From an uncultured Woeseiaceae bacterium (GTDB lineage Bacteria; Acidobacteriota; Vicinamibacteria; Vicinamibacterales; UBA823): a DNA stretch of 64,000 nucleotides. A program made the position numbers and the translations under genes. The stretch lies in assembly GCA_964569695.1 (NCBI GenBank), contig CAZMUA010000005.1, positions 18,904 through 82,903 of the forward strand, in the 5' to 3' direction. Every line of letters begins with the position of its first letter. Position 1 is the first letter of the stretch. The notes beneath the pieces were generated by a model. That model saw nothing but the letters and a program-made list of their open reading frames with translations. It was not told the origin of the DNA and did not search any database. Below are positions 49,499 through 58,371 of this stretch, one piece after another.

Positions 49499-50546
49499 CC
49501 GAAAACGGATTCAGGTAGGGATCCTTGGAGCTACTGGGATGGTAGGCCAGCAGCTTATTCAAGAACTGACAGATCATCCGTGGTTCGAATTGACCTGGCT
49601 GGGTGCAAGTGAGCGTTCGGCCGGACGGCAATATACGGATGTGATCGATTGGCGTCTACCAACTTCACTATCTTCCACTCTTGGGAATTTAATAGTTCAG
49701 AGTTCAGAGCCGACGAATGCGCCTCATCTTATGTTTTCGGGTGTGGACGCATCGGCTGCTGGTCAGATTGAGTCCGCGTTTGCGAACGCCGGTCATATGA
49801 TTGTAAGTAATGCCCGTAATCATCGCATGGAAGAGTGCGTGCCACTGTTGATACCAGAAGTGAACCCAGACCACTTAGGGCTTTTAGGCCAGCAGAAAAA
49901 AAGGAAAGGATGGGCCGGCGGTGTTGTTACGAATCCAAACTGCTCGACTATAGTTTTGGCGATGGCCTTGGCGCCATTGCGAGGATTCGGTATTCGTTCA
50001 GTGATTGTTACTACTCTTCAGGCCATATCTGGAGCAGGATATCCTGGACTGGCCTCGTACGACATTGTTGGCAATGTAATACCGATCGTGCCTGGTGAAG
50101 AAGCCAAAATGGAACATGAAACACAGAAAATCCTTGGCACATTTATTAAAGACCGTATTGAATTACATCCGATGACTGTTAGTGCCCACACGACTCGCGT
50201 GCCGGTGATCGATGGTCATACTGTAACGGTGTCAGTTAAATTTGAGAAAGCTCCGACATTGGATGAGCTGCGTGTGGCATTCGAGGGATTTACAGGTAGT
50301 CCGCAAGAGCAAGAATTGCCAAGCGCGCCAAAAAGTCCAATCGTGTATTTAAACGCTGAAGACCGACCCCAGCCTCGACTTGATGCTCAACGTGGAGAAG
50401 GTATGACGGTATCCATAGGTCGCCTAAGAGAATGCAATGTGCTTGATATTAGATTCGTAGCGCTTGGCCACAACACTGTGCGTGGTGCTGCGGGTGCCGC
50501 GGTACTCAATGCCGAATTATTGTACTCGCAAGGCTTGCTAAACTAG
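49491..50546 (+). CDS. asd: aspartate-semialdehyde dehydrogenase
   Basis: 351 aa with 'VGILGATGMVGQ' and the catalytic Cys in 'NPNCSTIVLAMAL'. It overlaps the lysC stop by 8 nt. Confidence 0.92.
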   Translation: MDNRKRIQVGILGATGMVGQQLIQELTDHPWFELTWLGASERSAGRQYTDVIDWRLPTSLSSTLGNLIVQSSEPTNAPHLMFSGVDASAAGQIESAFANAGHMIVSNARNHRMEECVPLLIPEVNPDHLGLLGQQKKRKGWAGGVVTNPNCSTIVLAMALAPLRGFGIRSVIVTTLQAISGAGYPGLASYDIVGNVIPIVPGEEAKMEHETQKILGTFIKDRIELHPMTVSAHTTRVPVIDGHTVTVSVKFEKAPTLDELRVAFEGFTGSPQEQELPSAPKSPIVYLNAEDRPQPRLDAQRGEGMTVSIGRLRECNVLDIRFVALGHNTVRGAAGAAVLNAELLYSQGLLN

Positions 50547-50592
50547 GTCCATTCACAGTCGGCTCCTAGTTACGTTGCGAGGGAAAACAACC

Positions 50593-51477
50593 TTAGGATT
50601 CTTTCGCCATCAAATAAATCGCAACAGCTGTCATGCACATGGCGATTATCTGGTAGTCGTAAGGTACACGTTGGTAAATCCACAGTGAAAGAATGATCGT
50701 GATGACCGGTGCCAATGCGGTCATTGGGACTACGATTATGGCTTTCCCGTATCGAAGTGCGTAGACGTAACAAAGGGCGCCGACAGAATTTAACACGTGA
50801 ATCATGGCTGCCAGATAAGGTCCGTTTAACCCCCAGTTAATCGTCTGGTTGAAATCGGTCATGCCTAAGGCCACCGGAATCAACAGAACACCGGTGAGCA
50901 TCATATAGAAGAAGATGCTTTCCGCCGCGATTGTGTCGGTTGCGAATTTCATGATGTAGGCTTGGACCCCCCACATGATGAGCACGCTAATCGCAAGAAG
51001 AAACCATTGAAACCCTTGCACGAGGGTGTCGTCAGGCTCTACATACGAAAGAAGCACGATAGCAGGCAGGGCGAAGGTGATGCCTATCCAGTTCTTGAGA
51101 CTTGCGCGTTCGCGAAGGAGCCACACCGAGAAGACGATGGTGACCGCGGGATACAACGAAACGATCGGAAATACGATAAAGGCCGGTCCTGATCGGAGCG
51201 CCTCAAAAAGCATCAATTGACCACCGGCTCCCGTGAATCCAATAAGACTTCCAAGTAACACTGCCCGTGGGCTGGTTGCAAGGGGAAGTGGGTCTAGCCG
51301 TCGCGCAGCTATCGCGCAGGGAATCATGGTTAAAGCCCAAACTGAATAGCCAAGAGTCGCGGGGAATCCTTGTTGCTCAGGAATTTCAATTAAGGCACCC
51401 CAAATACCCCAAGTGCCAGTTGTGAGGATTGCGTATGTTAACCAGTGACGGGACCAAGAAGATGACGTGTGGCGCAT
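50593..51477 (-). CDS. DMT-superfamily (EamA-like) transporter
   Basis: 294 aa with about 10 TM segments in two repeated halves. Substrate unknown. Confidence 0.7.
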   Translation of the reverse strand: MRHTSSSWSRHWLTYAILTTGTWGIWGALIEIPEQQGFPATLGYSVWALTMIPCAIAARRLDPLPLATSPRAVLLGSLIGFTGAGGQLMLFEALRSGPAFIVFPIVSLYPAVTIVFSVWLLRERASLKNWIGITFALPAIVLLSYVEPDDTLVQGFQWFLLAISVLIMWGVQAYIMKFATDTIAAESIFFYMMLTGVLLIPVALGMTDFNQTINWGLNGPYLAAMIHVLNSVGALCYVYALRYGKAIIVVPMTALAPVITIILSLWIYQRVPYDYQIIAMCMTAVAIYLMAKES

Positions 51478-51574
51478 TGATTATTGGGAAAGCCTTGAAT
51501 AGTCTGCGTGCTCATGCGTTTATAATCAAACGTGAAGCATGAAGTAAATAGACATCCGTGAGTTTATATCGAGA

Positions 51575-52771
51575 ATGACCGATCTACCGAGAGAACTATC
51601 GACACAAGCTTCGTTATTTTCAGATCTCCTGAGGGTATCTGAGGGTGAACAGCGTAATCGCGGATATTTTTATACGCTGCGCGAGATTTGCCAACAGCCA
51701 GAGTGCTGGCTTCACACAGCGCATGCGATGGCGACTCATACGGCTCAACTGTCAGAGTGGCTGGATGCGTGTGACAAGAGTAGTGGTTTACTGTTAACCG
51801 GTTCTGGCAGTTCTTACTACATCGGGGCGAGTCTGGCGCCGACCTTGCAAGCAAGTCTGGATATTCCTGTGAGGGCCGCCCCGAGTGGTTGGCTCTTACT
51901 CAACCTTAGTGAAGTTATCACACGGCATGCTGTTCCTGGCGTCGTATCGTTCGGTCGATCGGGGAATAGCCCAGAAAGCACAGCAGTTCTTGATCTCGTG
52001 CTGCAAGAACGTCCGGAGTGTCGACATTTAATAGTGACATGTAATTCTGAGGGAAAGCTGGCCACTCAATATCCTAATCAGAAACAAATTGTGCTCGATG
52101 AAAGAGTCCACGACAAAAGTTTGGTCATGACGAATAGCTTTACAAATATGTGGCTAGCGGGCCGTTTTCTTGGGTACCTTCGAAACGCAGATCTCTATCA
52201 CACCCTAATGACTCACATCGCAACTGCTGGACGTCGACTCCTAACCGCCGGTTCAGATCGACTTTTTACAATTGCAACGGGAGCGTATAAATCGGTGTTG
52301 TTTTTGGGGAGCGGCGCTCGATTTGGGGCGGCGCAAGAGGCGAGTCTAAAGATGCTTGAAATGTCATCTGGTCGTATTGTGACCAGAGCCGACACCTACC
52401 TAGGTGTTCGACACGGACCGTTGTCCTTTGTGCAATCAGACACGTTAATCGTGTGTTTTATTTCTTCGGATGAAAGGTTACGTGCTTACGAACTCGACCT
52501 CGTCGGAGAATTAGTTGCGAAGGGTCTGGGAAGTTCTCTGGTGTTAGTTGGAGTAAAAATACCAAAGGAAATATCAAAAGGGGACACAGTCACCGTTTGT
52601 TATGAACGTGCAGAGACCTTGACGGATAATGAGCTAAGTATTCTCGACGTTGTTGTCGGTCAACTGCTCAGCTTCTTTCGATGTCTACATGAAGGGCTCA
52701 AGCCTGACAGGCCTTCACCTGATAATGTGATTACTCGAGTTGTGCGTCCTTTTATAATTCATTCAAAGTAA
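51575..52771 (+). CDS. agaS: SIS-domain sugar-phosphate isomerase/deaminase, AgaS-like
   Basis: 398 aa with 'LLLTGSGSSYYIG', 'VSFGRSGNSPES', 'VTCN', 'RHGPLS' and C-terminal 'KPDRPSPDNVITRVVRPFIIH'. These parallel E. coli AgaS as I remember it. Confidence 0.75.
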   Translation: MTDLPRELSTQASLFSDLLRVSEGEQRNRGYFYTLREICQQPECWLHTAHAMATHTAQLSEWLDACDKSSGLLLTGSGSSYYIGASLAPTLQASLDIPVRAAPSGWLLLNLSEVITRHAVPGVVSFGRSGNSPESTAVLDLVLQERPECRHLIVTCNSEGKLATQYPNQKQIVLDERVHDKSLVMTNSFTNMWLAGRFLGYLRNADLYHTLMTHIATAGRRLLTAGSDRLFTIATGAYKSVLFLGSGARFGAAQEASLKMLEMSSGRIVTRADTYLGVRHGPLSFVQSDTLIVCFISSDERLRAYELDLVGELVAKGLGSSLVLVGVKIPKEISKGDTVTVCYERAETLTDNELSILDVVVGQLLSFFRCLHEGLKPDRPSPDNVITRVVRPFIIHSK

Positions 52772-52778
52772 TGCAGCT

Positions 52779-53702
52779 ATGAGTCGAGTATTGGTTATTG
52801 GCGAGATCAATGTTGATTTGATTTTGAGAGGTTGTGAGAAGTTTCCATCGTATGGAACCGAGGTGTTAGCTAAGGATGGTTTCCTGACGTTGGGAGGCGC
52901 CTCTGCTATTACTGCGGTAGGGCTTGCGCGCCTCGGCACTCCAGTTTCTTTCCTAGGCAAGGTTGGTACTGATTCGAACGGTACTGTTTGCCTTGATACG
53001 ATGGAGTCCGCCGGTGTTGACGTCACACGTGTTGAGCGTAGCAAACACGTGCAGACTGGTATCACCGTATCGATTGTAGGCTCTGATGATAGGGCTCTTG
53101 TTACGTTTCCAGGTTCGATTACTGCATTAAAAGGTGCTGATGTTTCTGATCAATTGTTAGAGCAATTTGGTCATCTACACGTATCGTCGTACTTCCTACA
53201 AGCCAATTTAACTCCTGCGCTTCCAAACATTTTTCAACGAGCTCAGGCCTTGGGTCTCACTGTGTCAGTCGATCCAGGATTCGATCCTTCTGAGGAATGG
53301 GATGCTGGATTGCCTGAAGCGTTAGTTCATGTCGATCTGTTTTTTCCAAATGAGGTGGAACTGTCTGGACTAACCAGCATGCTTACTCCTGGGGAGGCCG
53401 TCAGGGCTCTTGATAATGGTCGGACGATTATCGTCGCCAAGCTCGGTCGTTCTGGTTGTCTGGTGCGAAATGATGGCATGTCAATTGCTGAACCAGCGAT
53501 TGAAGTGTCACCTGTAGATTCGACTGGTGCAGGGGATTCTTTTAATGCGGGATTTCTGAACCCATGGTTGGAGGGTGAGTCCATTAGGGACTGTATGCGG
53601 TCCGGTAATATATGTGGTGGATTGGCGACTAGGCGTTCCGGAGGCACCCCAGGACAACCAAACCGAAGTGAATTGAACGCTGCGTTGGAAGTGAAAAAAT
53701 AG
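52779..53702 (+). CDS. PfkB-family carbohydrate kinase (ribokinase-like)
   Basis: 307 aa with 'VIGEINVDL', 'GGASAITA' and 'DSTGAGDSFNAGF'. Confidence 0.85.
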   Translation: MSRVLVIGEINVDLILRGCEKFPSYGTEVLAKDGFLTLGGASAITAVGLARLGTPVSFLGKVGTDSNGTVCLDTMESAGVDVTRVERSKHVQTGITVSIVGSDDRALVTFPGSITALKGADVSDQLLEQFGHLHVSSYFLQANLTPALPNIFQRAQALGLTVSVDPGFDPSEEWDAGLPEALVHVDLFFPNEVELSGLTSMLTPGEAVRALDNGRTIIVAKLGRSGCLVRNDGMSIAEPAIEVSPVDSTGAGDSFNAGFLNPWLEGESIRDCMRSGNICGGLATRRSGGTPGQPNRSELNAALEVKK

Positions 53703-53737
53703 CGGTTGGAAGTGGCAAATATCAAGATTGTTTCAAA

Positions 53738-54667
53738 ATGATCAGAGTTGCCGGGTTTAACACCTCACTTGATCGGTATCTTGAACTGGATAAGCTACAG
53801 GTCGGCGAAGTGCAGCGGATCAAGCGGGTCGAAGTAAATCCTGGAGGTAAAGGCCTGCATGTAGCAGTCTTGTGCAGTGCTTTTAGCGAGCCGGTCAAGC
53901 TTGTTGGCATTACAGACGCACGCCATCGTGAACTGATTGCTAAATTTCTTCGATCACGAGACGTGACGTTTGAGGCTGTAGAGGTATCCGGTGATGTCAG
54001 AACCTGCTTGGCTATTCGTGAGACAGATGGAGTTATCACAGAACTACTAGAGCCTGGACCGGAGTTGAAAGCCTCAGAATGCGATCAATTAGTATCGGCA
54101 ATGACTTCTGAGATTGATTCTAACGACATTGCAGTGCTGTCTGGTAGTCTTCCGGGAGGATTTGAGCCGGCCGCCTATGTTGAGATTCTAACTAGGTTAA
54201 AAAAAATAGGCATTCGCACCTGTGTTGATGCGAGCGGGGATTTACTGAAAGACCTCTTAAAACATCGCCCCTATCTGGTGAAGTTAAATCGTGATGAGGC
54301 GAGTGCAACACTAGGTCGTAAAATTTGCACGGTTACCGATGCTGTAGAGGCGGCACGGTCTGTGATGCAGCCGGACATTGCATGTGTAGTGATATCACTG
54401 GGAAGTGAAGGCTTGGTCGCTTTACACGAAGAACACATCTGGCATTTTAGTACGCCAAATGAAGAAAGTCGCAACGCCGTGGGAGCAGGAGACTGCTTGC
54501 TTGGTGGAATTGTTGTAGCCTTGGCACGTGATGCCACGATGGAAAATGCGTTAAAACTTGGGACTGCTTGTGGTGCGACAAAAGTTCGATCGTCTGAGAC
54601 AGGGTTCTTACGGATCGAAGAAGTTGAATCTATTCTACCGACGGTCAGCATGCAGACACTTGATTAG
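53738..54667 (+). CDS. hexose-phosphate kinase of the 1-phosphofructokinase/tagatose-6-phosphate kinase subfamily (FruK/LacC/PfkB)
   Basis: 309 aa with 'NPGGKGLHVA', 'KLNRDE' and 'NAVGAGDCLLGG'. Confidence 0.8.
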   Translation: MIRVAGFNTSLDRYLELDKLQVGEVQRIKRVEVNPGGKGLHVAVLCSAFSEPVKLVGITDARHRELIAKFLRSRDVTFEAVEVSGDVRTCLAIRETDGVITELLEPGPELKASECDQLVSAMTSEIDSNDIAVLSGSLPGGFEPAAYVEILTRLKKIGIRTCVDASGDLLKDLLKHRPYLVKLNRDEASATLGRKICTVTDAVEAARSVMQPDIACVVISLGSEGLVALHEEHIWHFSTPNEESRNAVGAGDCLLGGIVVALARDATMENALKLGTACGATKVRSSETGFLRIEEVESILPTVSMQTLD

Positions 54668-54709
54668 ATCTTTATCATAATTGTCGAATAGATATGTTGG
54701 AGGTTTGAA

Positions 54710-55834
54710 ATGACGAAGGATCTAGATCGACGGCAATTTGTTTTTGGGAGTGTGGCGGCGGGGATGGCGATGTCGTCGAAGACGGCATTTGGTAGAGCCC
54801 CTGCGGTTATTCAACCCGGTCGCGTGAAACCCGTCGTGATTTCTGACAAAAGCGGTTTCGTTAATCGCAATGGTGGATCACAGAATTGCCTTGAGAAAGC
54901 TTTTGAATTGATAACGCGTGGTGAAGATGTGCTCGACGCGATTTTGGAAGGTATCAATATCGTTGAATTGGATCCGAATGAATCTGGGGTCGGCTACGGT
55001 GGGACACCGAATGCGGATGGAATTGTTCAACTTGACTCTTGTTGCATGCATGGTCCAAAAAAACGAGCTGGTGGAGTGGCAGCGCTCGAGGGTGTCCGAA
55101 CGCCCTCCTTGGTAGCAAAGGCTGTGATGAATCATACCGACCACCACCTTCTCGTTGGTCAAGGCGCCCAGGATTTCGCTAGAAATCTTGGCTTTACGAT
55201 TGAAAATGACCTGAATACCGAACGAACGCGCGAGAGATGGTTGGAATGGAAGCGCCGAACTGATCCGGGGCATTACCTGGATCCTGAAAGACGCCTAGAG
55301 TTTGAACGAGAGATTGCACAACAAATGTTGGAGGAAGGACTGGTTGAAGAGAGTCATTTTTGGGGCACAGTCAATTGTGATGCGATTAGTCCAGAAGGTG
55401 AAATTTGCGGCGTCACCTCAACCAGTGGTTTGTCTTGGAAGATTCCAGGTCGAACAGGAGACTCTCCAATTCTGGGTGCCGGACTCTACGTCGATGGAGA
55501 CGTAGGAGCTGCTGGTTCAACCGGACGAGGCGAGGCAAACCTATACAATCTGACATCGTTCTTGATCGTTGAACACATGCGTCAAGGCATGCACCCAAAG
55601 GATGCTGGGCTTGCCGGTCTTGCACGCATTAAGGCGAATACGGTCGAGCAACGGCTGCTACGGGACGACGGTAATCCTTCATTTAACATAAGATTCTTTG
55701 CGCTAAATGCAAAAGGTGAATATGCGGGTGTGTCCATGTACCCGGCGGGAGAACTTACTTACGGTGTGTGCACGGAAAATGGAGCCGAGGAAGCACCACT
55801 TGAGGCATTGTTGTCGGGATCGCCAAACGACTAA
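54710..55834 (+). CDS. Tat-exported Ntn-hydrolase of the glycosylasparaginase / isoaspartyl peptidase family (PF01112)
   Basis: 374 aa with the Tat motif 'DRRQFVFGSVAAG', an autoprocessing-site-like 'WGTVNCDAIS' (Gly-Thr) and 'PGRTGDSPILGAGLYVD'. A good SD (GGAGG) precedes it. Confidence 0.8.
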   Translation: MTKDLDRRQFVFGSVAAGMAMSSKTAFGRAPAVIQPGRVKPVVISDKSGFVNRNGGSQNCLEKAFELITRGEDVLDAILEGINIVELDPNESGVGYGGTPNADGIVQLDSCCMHGPKKRAGGVAALEGVRTPSLVAKAVMNHTDHHLLVGQGAQDFARNLGFTIENDLNTERTRERWLEWKRRTDPGHYLDPERRLEFEREIAQQMLEEGLVEESHFWGTVNCDAISPEGEICGVTSTSGLSWKIPGRTGDSPILGAGLYVDGDVGAAGSTGRGEANLYNLTSFLIVEHMRQGMHPKDAGLAGLARIKANTVEQRLLRDDGNPSFNIRFFALNAKGEYAGVSMYPAGELTYGVCTENGAEEAPLEALLSGSPND

Positions 55835-55892
55835 TGCTTCTAACGGTTGAAGCGACTAGAAGTTGAATGCAGTCTGTATGTAGAGGTGAAAC

Positions 55893-57056
55893 ATGAAGCG
55901 AATAGGGATGGGCCTTGTCGGAGCGGGATTAATAGGCCCACAGCACATTGACGCTGTGAGGCGACTAGGCTTTGTCGATGTTGTAGCGGTCGCTGGTAGT
56001 AATGAGAAGTCGGCCAAAGAGAAAGCAGAGATGCTGGGAATTCCGAAAGCGTATGGAGGATTTCAGGCGCTTATTGATGACTCGGATGTTGAGGTGGTGC
56101 ACAACTGCACCCCAAACTTCTTGCACTTACCGGTGAACAGTGCGGTGATTGCTAAGAAGAAGCACGTTGTATCCGATAAACCACTCGCTATGAATGCGAC
56201 TGAGGCGAAGCAGCTTCTAACTGCCGTTCAGCAAGCGGGTGTTGTTCATGCAGTCACCTTTAATTATCGTGGTAACCCACTTGTGCAGCAGGCGAGGGCA
56301 ATGATTGCAAATGGGGAAATCGGTCAGCCACATTTTATCCACGGACATTATTTGCAGGATTGGCTGATTAAGGAGACGGATTTTTCGTGGAGAATTGAAC
56401 CAGAGAAGGGTGGACCATCGTCAGCTATGGGAGATATTGGATCGCACTGGTGCGATTTGGTGCAACATGTTAGCGGGTTACGAATTGAGTCAGTGCTTGC
56501 TGATCTCACTACCGTCATTCCAACCCGAACAAAACCTAAAGTCGCTCGAGAGTCTTTTGCAGAAGCAGGCGCCGCTGACACAGGAGAAACGTTTACGGTA
56601 GAGGTAGAAGATTTAGGGTCGGTGCTTGTTCGATTCGAGAATGGCTGTAAGGGTGTGTTTTCGGTGGGACAAGTATGCGCAGGTCATAAGAACAACCTTG
56701 TGTTCGAAATCGATGGAATGGGCGGTTCCCTACGGTGGCATCAAGAAAGGCAAAATGAGTTGTGGGTAGGACGTCGAGACGGTGGAAATGTTGACATGAC
56801 AAAAGATCCAGGAATCTTGGATGAGTCCATACAGCATTACACCCATTTACCTGGTGGGCACCAAGAAGGTTTTGCAACAGCCTTTCACAATGTCATCAGA
56901 GATATCTATAGTGTCATCTTGGAAGAAGGGGCCCGAAATGATATTCGACCTCCAGCTTTTGCAACTTTTGAGGATGGGTATCGTGCGAATTGTATTGTGG
57001 ATGCCGTTCTTGCAAGTTCTGCTGCTGGTGGGGTCTGGACTCAGGTGCAGTACTAA
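55893..57056 (+). CDS. Gfo/Idh/MocA-family NAD(P)-dependent oxidoreductase
   Basis: 387 aa with the N-terminal Rossmann motif 'IGMGLVGAGLIGPQH' and 'SDKPLA'. No signal peptide. Confidence 0.85.
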   Translation: MKRIGMGLVGAGLIGPQHIDAVRRLGFVDVVAVAGSNEKSAKEKAEMLGIPKAYGGFQALIDDSDVEVVHNCTPNFLHLPVNSAVIAKKKHVVSDKPLAMNATEAKQLLTAVQQAGVVHAVTFNYRGNPLVQQARAMIANGEIGQPHFIHGHYLQDWLIKETDFSWRIEPEKGGPSSAMGDIGSHWCDLVQHVSGLRIESVLADLTTVIPTRTKPKVARESFAEAGAADTGETFTVEVEDLGSVLVRFENGCKGVFSVGQVCAGHKNNLVFEIDGMGGSLRWHQERQNELWVGRRDGGNVDMTKDPGILDESIQHYTHLPGGHQEGFATAFHNVIRDIYSVILEEGARNDIRPPAFATFEDGYRANCIVDAVLASSAAGGVWTQVQY

Positions 57057-57131
57057 ACACTAGGCCTTGGGCATTACGAATTAAAAAAGGGTCGCTTACG
57101 CGGTTTTAGTCGTAGGTAAGAGGAGGCTTAA

Positions 57132-58292
57132 ATGGCTATTTCACGTCGTGAATTTGTTCGAGCGTTAGGTTTGAGTGGTGTGGCCCTACACTTGAGCTCC
57201 AAGACTGGGGATTCGATGGAGTTGATGACTCCACGGATGTCTAGCAGTAATCAGCCGTTTAATCGGTTATACGATGCCGGATTCATTAATCTTAGTTCGA
57301 ACACAAGCCCTCGAGGTCCCAGCGATGCGGTGCTTGACGTTTTGAGAGGTCGCATCTCATCTAGCCTCGGACGATATCCAGAAAATACCGGTTTATTAAT
57401 TGAGGCGATTGCTGAAAAGGAGAAGTCCGACCCTGATCAGGTTCTGCTTAGTACGGGGTCGGGTGAGGTGTTGGTTGGTGCTGTTCACGCTTTTGTAACA
57501 GCAACCCGACCACTTGTTATTGGTATTCCATCATACGAGACACCAGTGGCTACTGCTGAATTGCTGGACCTACCAGTTAAATCGGTGCCCGTCGATGAAC
57601 GATTACAACTTGACCTCGACGCGATGGCTGAGGCTGCAGTGGGAGCGGGACTTGTTTATCTTTGTAACCCCAACAACCCAACAGGGTTAGCGCATTCGGC
57701 TTCTTCGATCAAGAAGTTCGTGGAACAAGTACAGAATACATCTCCAGAAACAGCGATTTTGATCGATGAAGCCTATATTGAATTTGCGAACGATCCGGAA
57801 GTGAGCTCTGCGTTACCACTGGCATTGGCTTCCCCAAACATCATAATTACCAGAACCTTTTCGAAGATTTATGCGATGGCTGGTTTACGCATCGGATATG
57901 CACTTGGGCAACCTGAAACACTTGAACGCATGAAAAGGACGGCTCGATTTGGCAGCGTGACTGTACTTAGTGCGGCTGCAGGGCTGGCAGCATTACAAGA
58001 CTCTTCCCGTAGTAGCTGGGAAATTGAGGAGAATCGAAAAGTGCGAGAGTTTACCTTGAATGCATTTCGTGAAATCGGTCGTGAGGTAACGAATTCACAA
58101 ACTAATTTTGTGTGGGCGAACGTTGGACAAACTTCCAAGTCGTTCCGCGACACCTGTTTCGAGTTAGATGTCTTGGTGGGCAGAGATTTCAGACCCATAG
58201 GTAATTACTACTCCAGGATTTCACTGGGGACCATGGATGAAATGCGCCAAGCGGTTCAAGTGTTTGAAACTGTACTGACCGAAAACGAGTAA
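57132..58292 (+). CDS. class I/II PLP-dependent aminotransferase (HisC-like) carrying a twin-arginine signal peptide
   Basis: 386 aa with 'SRREFVRALGLSGVALHLSS' (Tat consensus SRRxFLK-like), 'NPNNPTG' and the PLP-Lys context 'RTFSKIYAMAGLRIGY'. A strong SD (AGGAGG, 57121-57126) supports this start. Confidence 0.8.
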   Translation: MAISRREFVRALGLSGVALHLSSKTGDSMELMTPRMSSSNQPFNRLYDAGFINLSSNTSPRGPSDAVLDVLRGRISSSLGRYPENTGLLIEAIAEKEKSDPDQVLLSTGSGEVLVGAVHAFVTATRPLVIGIPSYETPVATAELLDLPVKSVPVDERLQLDLDAMAEAAVGAGLVYLCNPNNPTGLAHSASSIKKFVEQVQNTSPETAILIDEAYIEFANDPEVSSALPLALASPNIIITRTFSKIYAMAGLRIGYALGQPETLERMKRTARFGSVTVLSAAAGLAALQDSSRSSWEIEENRKVREFTLNAFREIGREVTNSQTNFVWANVGQTSKSFRDTCFELDVLVGRDFRPIGNYYSRISLGTMDEMRQAVQVFETVLTENE

Positions 58293-58371
58293 TGGCTGAA
58301 TGTTTGCACCTGATGGAAAAGCGCAACCAGTTGCTAGAGGGCACTGGTGTTGTTAGCGCATTGGAGATGTT

